Position numbers and translations under genes: made by a program
Notes under the pieces: model-generated
Database searches by the model: none
Told to the model about the DNA's origin: nothing
What the model saw: only the letters and a program-made list of their open reading frames with translations
DNA from: Cycas panzhihuaensis
Taxonomy: Eukaryota; Plantae; Cycadophyta
Direction: 5' to 3'
Assembly (NCBI GenBank): GCA_023213395.1
Contig: CM041465.1
Span: forward strand, 84,761,741-84,825,740
DNA length: 64,000 nucleotides
In this document: positions 43,738 through 54,877 of the stretch, one piece after another
Position numbering within the stretch: the first letter of the stretch is position 1
Layout of the letters: each line of letters opens with the position of its first letter

Positions 43738-44949
43738 AGATCTTCCCATTCCTGGATGATTAAATGTTTAATCACATGACAGTATAAAATGTTGAGGTTT
43801 AGACAATAATAGTTCGACTAACAGAGATGTTCCCATTCCTCACAACAAGAAGCTCAATCCTAAAGAAATATTATTTTAAAAACATTGGAGACTCGCTTCG
43901 TCCTAGAATAATAATTGTATGCAATTAAAGCCAACTTCTCACTAGATTAATAAATAATATGGAGATAACTCCCATGCTTAATAAATCATTGAGTCATTTC
44001 AAAAATACGATTTGGACATTTTGATCCCCTGTTTTTCTTTCCAAGGAGACGCTCTAGTGGAGGAACCCTCTCTTAGAAAAGGTTAGTGCAGTCTTGGAAT
44101 AATCCAAGACAATTAAATATTATTATCCTGCTAAATAAAACATTTTTAAATGACTGAATGCTCCTCTTTGCATTGTACTTGCTCTTAGTTGATTTGTTGT
44201 ATAAGAATATTGAAATGAAATTACATCCTGCCTTCAATTATTATTTTATGATATATATTCCTTTTGTTCCTTATATCTGGGTCGCATTCGCACTGGAAAA
44301 AGTTCACGTGCAACACCAAAGGGTTCAAGTGGTATAAAAGTGTAAAGCACCCTCCAGCAACCATTGCAACTCCCCAGTCACCAAACACGTTTAGCAATGA
44401 TCTGACGTCGAGTCAAGATCTACAATAAGAGAATGGGCAAGGCACAAAACTATACTTACGTGCTATTGGGTATTCATCCCTGCCTGTTAGTACAGATATT
44501 ATCCATACTGTGATCGACAGGATAACGATCCACACATTGGCAGTCCAGTTATTGATAAAGCCCTAAATATTGTGAATCAGCAGAGCACCAAATGATGTGG
44601 TGATGGAATGAATGGAGGCACACTACCAAAAGCTGAAACTGCTCCCAATCTCTCCATAATTAGAATATGGTTGCAGAATGGACGTGGAAGCAAGTTCTCC
44701 CTTTCGCTACAAAGCTCACGGCCTTCCCCGATGGAACTCTTTGCAGAAAACAATAACATAGAACAGAGGTGTCGCCGTAGCTATTAGACGGCGCGGGAAC
44801 GAAACTCAACACAAACGTTTCAATATTACAACATTGTTCTTAGCATTTGACCAAGAAATAAACCAGGGACTTGGCCTACCATCGCTATCTAGTGAAGGCT
44901 ATTCTCATTAAGAGGTTGGTCTGGCAAATGTCCATGCCAGCATTATAGC

Positions 44950-47060
44950 ATTCAAGACACAGCTCGAAATGGCCACAAGGAGATCTCTACATTCGTGGGA
45001 ACACTTGAATCTGAGCTCAAATGCTTCGTTGTCGTGATAACTGTCAATTTTGTAAAGGTTAATGCGTGTTTGGATAAACTTACAGAGTTAATTGAACAAT
45101 TCATGGGTACCCCAAAACACAAGGAGGAAACCATCAAATTAGAGGAAGAAACTGTACCAGGAAGTGGACTCCACTAGGATGAGAAGAAGATACCTTGAGA
45201 CCAAACTGAAAGGAGCTATGACCGCAACAAGTATGAAAGTGCATCTAAAAAAAAATTATTTAAGGAAAAAAAAAGGCAAAGATGCAATGATTTGGTTGAC
45301 AAAGTTAGAAAAATGATTTGATGTCCACTCATGCCTAGAAAAGGTGAAAATTTTATTTGTGACATTATATATAAGCAACAAGGCCCTCATTTAGATCAAA
45401 AAGATGCAAAAAGATTATGAACACAACACTAATTTTGATTGATTATTCTATGAAAGTAGGACACCTAGGATCAAAATTGTTTCTCAAAATTGATCCAATT
45501 TCAGCAATTAGATTTAATACAATAGCGTATAGAAGAGTTCTAAATTTTAGGGAACATGCTACCTATATAATTAGGTGAAATTTATGCATTAAAAGCATAT
45601 TTAGGAAGATTAAAGAAAAGTATTTGATTCAAATTACAAACCTTGTAACTTCCGAATATAAGATAACCCATAGCCCAAGCTCATAAAATGGAGGTTAAAT
45701 GTCACGCCATTTTCTATTATGCATTGCTAAGAAGAGATGACAAGGTTTTTAGGCTAGATGTAGGACCCATGCAAATGTCACAAGTTTCTAAACCTCTTCA
45801 AGTTGTACACAAGCCTACAAATGTCTCACCCTAATCATCTAAAGTAAGGTACATGTTTCAAATGTAGAAAAGTTATATATGCTCAAGGACAATATAGAAG
45901 TGGGAGTTAAAGAAGTAATTGAATGTGTCAATGAAGATGAGCAAATTCTTCGAGATTTATCCCATGATGTCCAAATATCTTTCAAAGCAATAACAATGAC
46001 TACAACTCCATAGATGTTTAAACTAGAAGGCCTCATTAAAAACACCTAGGTATTGATATTAATAGATAGCAATAACACTCATAATTTTATTAACTGATAG
46101 ATAGTTAAGTAAGCAAAACCATGTCATACCTTACAAGTAGTTCCATGTGGCCACCATAGAGGTAGAACCATCTCTCTTGAGGGCTTACATATAAAGGTAT
46201 GTCTTTCTAGTTCTAAATATACTTTGGAATTGCTAATATTTGTTATACTAGTGGGGTGGAGGGGGGCAGATGTTGTCCTAAGAGTGCAATAACCTAGAAC
46301 ACTCAAGATTTTCATTATAACTTATAATATTTTTATGATATTTTTCCAAAATAGAATAAGTCCTACCCCCAACACCAAACCTAGTGTTGTCCGATTAGAT
46401 GGAAAAGATATTAAATGATGACCTATAAGGGTATGCAGTTAGTTGTTATGCTATTTTAGTCTCATAAAATTTAGAGGCCCACTCTGCAATGCAAGAGGTA
46501 CTCTATAAATTCCCGAAAATGTTTGAAGATCCACCCAAGGAATTACCACCTGATTGTGAAATGGAACATATTATGGAGCTCGAACACAACACAACATCAC
46601 TTAATTCTAGGCCCTACAAGCATTCACATCATTATTAGGCCATTATTGAAAATTTGGCCAAAGGAATTATTATAGCAAAACATTATTATACCAAGCAAGA
46701 GCCCTTTTGTAGCATTGGTAATCTTGGTACCAAAGAAGTATGGGTCTTTTAAGATGTGTGTGGAGTATAGACCATTAAATAAGTTCATCATCAAGAAAAA
46801 GTTCCCCATCCCTCAAATAAATCATCTATTGGATGAATTATATAACACATGATATTTTAAGAAAGTTGATCTACAGCTAAGGTATTATCAAATTTAAATA
46901 AGGCCAAACAACACACCCAAGCCAACATTCCAAATTTATAAAGATCATTACGAATTCAAAGTTACACCATTTTGGCTCACAAATACACTTAGCTATATTA
47001 CAAGCCACCATATCGAGCCCTTTCTCAAAAAAATTGTTTTAGTCTATCTACCTATCTATC

Positions 47061-47097
<37 letters not shown>

Positions 47098-47800
47098 GAT
47101 ATACTAATTTATAGTGAAAAATAGGAAGAGCAATTACAACATGTTAGATAAGTAATTCAAACCTTATAAGATAATTCCTTATTTACAAACAAGGCCAAAT
47201 GTACATTCCAGAACAAGAATTAGAATATATGGGTCATATCATATCAAGCAAAGAAGTAAAGGCTAATCCAAGGCAAATTCAAGCCATCTTAGAATGGCCA
47301 ACATTGAAGAGTATGTTTAAAGTTGAGGGATTTTTAGGCACCATAGGTTTTTACAAGAAATTGTTCAAGGGATATGCACACATAATAACACCTCTAACAT
47401 AATTAACATAGAATGATGCTTTTACATGGGATAATAAGGCAAAAAAGGCATTCACTAACCTCAAAAACATTGTAACTATAAAACCTATATTGCCAATATT
47501 AGGTTTCTCCAAGCCCTTTATAATAGAATGTGATGCTTCTATGAAGAGTTGGGGGCAATTTTAATGCAAAAAGATAGATCACCTTTGAGCGCAATATGTT
47601 CGAAAGAAATGATAGAGCCAAGCCCATTTATGACAAAGAAATGCTTGTAATTATCCATGCCATTACCAAATAGAAGCTACCTATTAGGTAGCAAATTTCA
47701 AGCAAAGATTAGCCACAACAACTTTTAAGTGTATTCTTAAGCAACCTACCTTATCTGATGAGCAACGGTAGGTTAGTAAATTACAAAAAATATGGCAATG
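44950..47800 (+). mobile_element. Decayed Ty3/gypsy element (gag, protease, RT, RNase H; 3'-truncated); boundaries approximate
   Basis: Protease LIDSNNTHNFI near 46060; RT LVPKKYGSFKMCVEYRPLNK near 46722; ORF 47199-47402 (LEYMGHIIS...GFLGTIGFYKK); RNase H FIIECDAS near 47517. Confidence 0.85.
47043..47097. repeat. (TCTA)n/(TA)n microsatellite inside the gypsy RT
   Basis: Directly visible. It lies between codons for V-Y-L and D-I-L-I-Y-S. Confidence 0.95.
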
Positions 47801-49316
47801 AAGTCAACTAATATGCAAAAATTTAGTTTTCAAGAGTTCAAAAGGTTATTCAAGTTCTATTTTGACACAATAGAATCATTTCACAAATTACAAGGGTTGG
47901 CTTATCAAAGGAATCTATTTACAAGCTATGAGAGTTGATTCATATTGAGCTTGGTTTATATACACCAGAGCTTGGGTCATCTACAATAGAGTTTGTTTTA
48001 TCAGTAGTGAAGCAATACCAATTCGAGAATCTTAATGCTTAACTAATTTGATGATTTCATCGAACAATCACTAAATAAAATGTTATTAAAGGTGAAAAAT
48101 GATTAAGTTAGCAACTACTTAACATTGGTTTTAGATAGGGTGTTGGTTTTAGCTAGGATGAGTTGCAACCATTGGTCACACCATTTTGGATACCAATGGA
48201 AAAATTGGTACACCTACCCAACTTTTGGGTAAGTAAAGCAACTTTATGTATTCTTTTATCATTAGATGTTGTTGTAAGCCAGCTTTGATTGATGGTAACA
48301 TTTAGGTAATATATTGTCGATCTATGTTACTATGTAAATTGAATGGAGAGAGTGCCAGTTGGAAGGAATTATTGACATGGGGTTTATAGGGTAGGCTCAT
48401 TCCCCAAGTGAAAAATAGACTGCAAGTGCTCACACGCAAGGTCACAAGCGGCTCGACATTGTGGGGATTGAATCCTGCAAGGCATGTATATGCAAAAGGA
48501 GTAAGCGTGGGACTTCAGCACACTTTACTAACTATGAAAATTATTCATAAGCTATAGACAAGCATTATCCTATGAGATACAACTGTTATGAAAGAAAAGC
48601 TTTGCCTATCTCATAACAATAGAAAACCCTTTTCATGGTGTTAGATCACTGTGAACTGCATGCAAATCTTGAGATTCCATAATGTGGTGTATACCATAAG
48701 GACAATGATTTACAAACAAATCTCTTATGACAATGTCCCCTATACAGGTTGTTTTAGGTCAAATAAAATAGTCCCATGTTCATAGCAAAACATGGCACTG
48801 CATGAAAGAAGAGTGCAAAATGTGTGATGAAGGAAACACCTACTAGACCATTTCTTCCAAAGACAAAGATAACAGACTCTGTGAAAGCTACTCATAGGAC
48901 CAAATATGCATGTTTGCTTTGAAGAAGCACAATCCATCCCATATGTTGCTAATCCTCTCGTCCAAGCCACTTTGCTTTTCCACCCTCCTCTCCCATTCGT
49001 CATCAGGAAAAGGTGTCTATTTGGCACAATTATATTCATTGATTTCATTTTACTTATCACAAAAAAGGTAAATCTCTTGGAGAATATGTCAAACAGTGAA
49101 TTGATGCTCTCATAAGACAGAGAGAGAGTGTGTTTGTGTGTGGGTCTGTGTGAGGGACTAGGTCCCATGGGGGGAGGTCCCATCTATTGTCTTGTATTGT
49201 TTACACAATGCAGCATATAAATTTATGCCAATTGGGCAGATCTGAAAATGAAAAATGCTGTACAAATTCTGGTGAAATTTTGTTCAGATTAAAAAAGAGA
49301 TCACTCCTCAATGGAT

Positions 49317-52154
49317 CTAGTCTTCAAAATATCGAATAATGCGCTGGCCACAATCTTCAAGCCTAGCTTTGACATTTTTTGCCTTGACAATTCTCCCTTC
49401 CTTCAAGATCATTCTCATGTTATTTGGGTCAGCGAGCACAGAGATGTCCTCCAATGGATTCTTTTCCAAAACAAGGAGATCTGCATAGGCCCCCTCCCTG
49501 ATCACTCCTATTTCATCCACCATTTGAAACAGTTCTGCACAAGTTGTGGTAGCAGACCTGAGGATGGCATCAGGCTTTTGCACACCAGCGCGCAAAAGAA
49601 ACTCCTCCAACTGATAATCATGCAACGATCCTCCAGGCAAGTCACTCCCAAAGCAAACTTTCACACCTTTTGAGTCTGCAATGGCAAGAGCTCTCTTTGC
49701 TTCATTGAGCAAGTTACCAGTCTGCACATTCTTTTAGGGCTTTAGAGAAAATGAACAACATTTAAAACAGCCAAGAACTTCTGAAAGATATGATCAGAGT
49801 GGTAACCACTTGAATGAGACTAGTAATGGAGAAAAGGAATCCTCATTCCAATGGCTTTGAAATGCAACTACCTACCAATTTACCTTTGCTACCACCAATG
49901 GTTCCATTCCATAAGCTGCTCCAAAGCGATGACAGCAATCATAGGAGACCAAAGTGGGCACGAAGAATGTACCCCTTTCTTTCATCATCATACAACATTC
50001 CTCATCGAGACACTGTATTTCAAAGCAAGATATATACCAATCAGTATGCTCTTAGGTGATAAGTTAGAGAGGAGACACCTAAAATGTAGGACCATGATTT
50101 ACAACTGAGTTTAAAAATTAACCTCAAAAACAAGCAAGACCTTGAAGATTGCATTACATTTCCATGCTCAATACTTCGAACACCAAGCTCCAAAGCTCGC
50201 TTGACGGCCAGAGGAGTATACGCATGTGCAGAAACATACTTCCCACGATTGGATGCTTCCTCCACTGCAGTCACTATCTCCTCCTCACTGAACTGATCAT
50301 TATCGACAAGTGAGTACAAAGAAGTATGAACTCAAAAAACATTATTGGGGAAGCTTTGTGTACAGTTTTTCTAGTAAATGAATGAATAAACAGGTCTTGT
50401 ACCTTGTGTCCGAAATACAGCAAAAATGTCTATAACAGCGAATGTTTAACTCCTAAAAATCATTTGTGAATTAGTGCACATATAGAGAATTCGTCTACAG
50501 ATTAATTTTAATCGAGCCCTGAAACTTTGATGCTTTCACTTTGTAGGATCTGATCAAGCTTCAAAATAAGCCGATCATGTTTTGTTTTCTGGATTATGCA
50601 AACTATTTATTAATAATTTAGTGCAAACAATGTGACGCAAAAAGGGAAAAAGAAGAATTGATAAAACTTAAGAGAGTAATCCATCCTACCTGCAAGTCGG
50701 TAAAAGAATTGGGTCCTCCCGAGATCATCAATTTAATATGATGAGCACCCCTCCACAACTCTTCCCGTGCTGCTTTGCGCACTGAGGTCACTCCATCACA
50801 GACACGGTGAAGGCTGATTGAATACAGTGGAGAGCCATGGATTTCACCAGGTAAGCGGTTGTCTCCATGACCACCAGTTGGCGTTAGGGCATGTCCACAG
50901 AACATAACCCGGGGTCCCAAAACTGTTCCATCTTCCACCGCCTGTCGGGAATCATTTTAAAAAGTAACATTTTTGTTTAAAGTTTAGAACTACAAAAATA
51001 TATATTACAGTCGAGATTTGTATACGTATATTTCATAGTTTAAAAAAGGGGTAATTTTTTCACAAGGAAATAGCTTTGAATCTCGATCTAAGGCAGAAAA
51101 TGCATTTAATTACAACTCTTTTGAAGGAAAATTTGAAATTGTAAGAAATCAAGGCAGATAATCTTTGTAGATTGTGAAGGGAAAATTGAAAGATTGGGAA
51201 TATTGGCCAGAAGCATTATATCACGTTTAAAGCCATTGCCCACCGTATAAACCTTTCTAGCGGGCTAATTTTCTCTCCCTCTCGGAACCAATCTTCTGTG
51301 AGGGCTCAAGAGGAAAATTTACACATACAACTCTTCTAACCATTTCTTAGCTCAGAAAACTATGGAATGCAAAAGACGGTGGCGTACCTGAGCGAGGCCA
51401 TAGTCACACCCACCGCAATCTCTGACAGTTGTGAAGCCTCTGAGAAGCATATACTCGAGAAGTTTTATCCCCTTAGCAATGGCGAGAGATGGATGCATCT
51501 CAGAGAGTTGTCTGGAGCTCGTTGCCACTGATAGCACATGAACATGAGCATCACAGAGCCCTGGAATCACAAAACGTCCTCCCACATCTACCATCTGCAT
51601 GTACAATTAAAACTATCAATAATTTTCAGCTATGAGACATTATGGCTCTCAGATTAGGATCAACCCCCAGGGTGCAGGCCAAGTGGCGAAGACAGTCAAT
51701 AAAAGCAGCATGCCGAGCCCAGAAATATGCACCGGAAAGGGCAGAAACCATGATATTAATAGCTGAGTTTAGCGCGTTTTTAAAATCCAAAACCTGAACT
51801 CTCCAACATTATGCGTTCAGAGCGCACTTAGGTCACTCCATTTTTGTCATATATATCTATATATAAAAGAGGCCCGTAGTCTTCAACGTGAGAAAAAGGA
51901 GGATGAAGTACACAAGCAATAGTAATAGTAATAGTTACCTGCGGAGGGATGAGTGGCGTAGGACCAATGTACTGTATTCTTTTGTTCTCTATCAGAATGT
52001 GCTTTCCCTTGCTGATCACCGGAGGAATTGTACCATCCCCGATATCAATAATACTGCAGTTAGCAAGGAGCAGACCTTCATTACTGTTGCTGTGTTGCAG
52101 GTTGGGCCTTCCAATCCCATTCGACAGCTTCCAGGAAGGGTCGGAGTCCGCCAT
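49317..52154 (-). CDS. Metal-dependent amidohydrolase (Amidohydro_1; bacterial Xaa-Pro dipeptidase/peptidase M38-like subgroup), 6 exons, about 447 aa. Predicted exons: 51939-52154, 51388-51594, 50690-50941, 50158-50292, 49884-50012, 49317-49721
   Basis: All five introns are GT-AG and the joined frame is open. Complete binuclear-metal motif set: PGLCDAHVH (HxH), GFTTVRDCGG, GGHGD, IKLMISGG (Lys), AHAY, IEHG, FGSD, and C-terminal GVIREGAYADLLVLEKNPLED. Exon 49884-50012 (CLDEECCMMMKERGTFFVPTLVSYD...) is not in the ORF track but bridges EHGN to the last exon. Confidence 0.88.
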
Positions 52155-53140
52155 AAAATGTCTCCCTTCGCTGAAGAGAACCAACAGTGCCGCCGTCAGC
52201 AGTCTGTCAGTTAAACAAGCACGGCATCGCTTCAATTTGGTGAGGACAAATTAGGTACTCCTTTGAAGCCTGAAAGGCGCATCGCCGTTTCCCCCATGCA
52301 GATTACAACAATAAAATCCGTTAACGGGCATTCAGTCAGTTTGGAGAAGAAGAACAGGGACGGAAAACTGGAAGATCAGAAGGTCAACACCCGCACCAGA
52401 ACGGCTCACTCATCGTATATTTCTTCATATACTGTCAAATGCTAATGTTCACTCCTCTGTACAAGGTGATCCTGAGAGCCCATTGCTCGAAGGAAACAAT
52501 ACAATTCCCCAAATTTTAGCCCAATAACCCTAAAACCCCGATTCAATCGTAGATAACAAGACGGAGATGAGACGCTGTGTCAAACATTGACAGCCAAATG
52601 ACGGAAATACCACAGGAGTCGAGATGGTCTCCGTGAAAATCACGCCCGGGCTCGGTCTTCCGATCGGCAAAATTGGATGGAAGGTCCAGATTTAGCCAAA
52701 TTAGAGCAGGATTTGGCCACTATATCAATATTTAGCGCAATTAAATACAGCAATTACCAGATAAACCGAGCAGACTTTTCGACGTCCAATGCCAGCATAA
52801 CATGTGCCACCACCCCCATCGCCATCAACTTTAATATGTTTCTGCTGTTGCAGAGGGATTCGAGACACGTCGCTCTCTCCACAGACAACAGAAGTTTAGC
52901 ATACCTCTAGAAATGGCATAAGAAACACAGGTTGCCAAAATAATAGACACACGGCTACGCAAATACGCCACTCTCTGGTTTCTCAGGCTCTATGCAACTG
53001 CTTCCACCCTCCGATCCGTAAGGAGCAGATCGTACAGCAATCTGTGGGTGTAGCGACCGTGCCATATTTAACTTTGAATCAACAGAGATCCATGTGCACT
53101 GCTCAAAGGTTAGATTTGCCATAAATTTGGAGGCATCCGC
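52155..53140 (-). promoter_or_regulatory. Putative promoter/5' UTR region of the amidohydrolase gene (CpG-retaining island; possible 5'-UTR intron)
   Basis: CG dinucleotides are abundant here, unlike in the flanking TEs. A telo-box-like aaccctaa lies near 52526 and an ACGT core near 52867. An acceptor-like tttaactgacag occurs on the minus strand at about 52204-52215. The TSS is not determinable. Confidence 0.45.
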
Positions 53141-53143
53141 TTA

Positions 53144-54514
53144 TATCAAAACTGGAGAACACATACCGCAGCCTTGACACGTAGATCCTGCTGAAGTGGC
53201 ACAGTTGTTCCAACTGCGCAAGATGGAAAGCCGAGGAAGCAATTGAATCATTTTTTTAAGTTTTTTGCCTTTTTCGTATTGGGGTATTGGGGTGGTGTGG
53301 ACCACTTTCAGTAATAATAATAATAATAGTAGTGCATGGAGGGCCTCCAAAATGCCTTTGGAGGGGCTTTCCCTTGTCACGAAACCCTTGGTTTCGTTGT
53401 TATTACTTTACTAGATTTCCTTATATTACACTTTTAACTCACTCTTACATTATCAAAAAAAAACAAAAACTCACACAGAGTTAAGATGGGTGCCACTTGG
53501 AAGCACTAGTCATCCATCCATTAGCGTATGAATTACAAATGGTGATCATAATAGAAAATGCCATGAGTATTATTGTTGACCCTTCAAACTATCATGCAAT
53601 GTGGCACATTCTTACTTTGGATAATAAGAGAATAGACCATAAATGTCATTTACATTGGCATAATGTCACCCAAACTTTTAATATATGCTTGAATGCATAT
53701 GAGCCTCACTTGTAGGGAAGCCAATTTGCAAAGACAAAAGTTAGACAAGATTATGAAGCTTGGCATATGAGAGGAGATTGCACAAATGGAATTTTTGAAG
53801 TGCATTTATTTAGGAAGAATTCCAAACATGAGCTTCATCATGAGCTTATGGGTCATGTAGGAAGCATGTTCGATCCCTCAATCAAGGTAGTCTTGCTAGT
53901 GCAATATTATCAGTTGATTATTACTAGGAGAATAAACACAAACAAACATTCACAAATAAATATGAGCAAATGACAGTGTTTGTAGTTTCCTTTAATATAT
54001 AACTGCTTATTTATAACAAACTCTTGATATTATATTAAAAATTTACCAGAAGTGTAAGATACTAAAATGTAAACCCCCATGTTTTCTATGGAATATTAGT
54101 TATTGCTACTAGATACAATTAACAAATAATATTATTACTAAAAGACCTTGCCTTTTGGTAGAATCTCAACATTACACATTCTCAAATAATCTCTATAACA
54201 TGTATATAATTATTATTCATTAAGGATCAAAGAAGTGTCTATAGTCTTACCACACTAAACACTCACGTCACTTTATCCTTCTTAAAAGCTAGTCGAGTGT
54301 TGATATCCACATTTGCCAGTTTTCTTATATCAATCTTATCTTATTACATGGACATTTCCGTTAGTTCTCCACGAGAGTCCAATGAACACATCCTTATTAT
54401 ATATGCTTAAAACATGCAAAAATTTCATTAACTCACTAGAGTTTTCTTCTATTCCCTAAAAGAGGCATTCTATATAACTTCTTTGATTTATTTTATTTTA
54501 TCTTTTCATCATTT
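53144..54514 (+). repeat. Copy A of a direct (tandem segmental) duplication
   Basis: About 90% identical by eye to 58416-59698 plus 63951-64000. It carries the empty site (aagag, near 54459-54463) for the LTR insertion present in copy B. Confidence 0.92.
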
Positions 54515-54877
54515 GGAATGCTATTATTCCCCCCCCACTCTCATTACCTACCTTGTTATGATCTAAGTCCACTACCATTCTTCTTCTTCCTTTCCTTGAC
54601 ACTTTCTTTATTGTAACAAAAATAATTAAATATATGCTTGTTTTGGGGGACATCTTATCCATAATTGAGTCTATTATTATAATTCCAAATGGAATTATTT
54701 TTAAGTTTCCCTTTACTATATTTTCATTTGATTTAAGTTTATTTGAAACACATTCCTTCTTTTGCTACTTCTTTTCCCCTTTACCTTTTCTTATTAACAT
54801 GTCCTCTTCACCAATTGAAAGCTTACTATTATTATCTATGCTTCAACTCTACAATGAGGTGTTCCTTTAGGCAGTTG

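Noticed and set aside
44770-44810. Helitron 3' hairpin
   Set aside because: A hairpin is present but there is no downstream CTRR terminus.
51660-51760. tRNA/SINE-like A box (aggccaagtgg) in intron 1, and a separate B-box-like motif near 48463-48476
   Set aside because: Neither has a partner box at the right spacing, a cloverleaf or a TSD.
49317-52154. Bacterial contamination as the source of the amidohydrolase
   Set aside because: The gene has five GT-AG introns and is contiguous with plant retrotransposons.
49311-52254. Plus-strand ORFs overlapping the amidohydrolase exons (49311-49673, 49814-50108, 51888-52254)
   Set aside because: These are antisense shadows of real exons and have no motifs.
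53497-53973. ORFs preserved in both duplicate copies (53767-53973 and 59000-59206)
   Set aside because: Persistence is explained by about 90% DNA identity; there are many nonsynonymous changes and no known domain.
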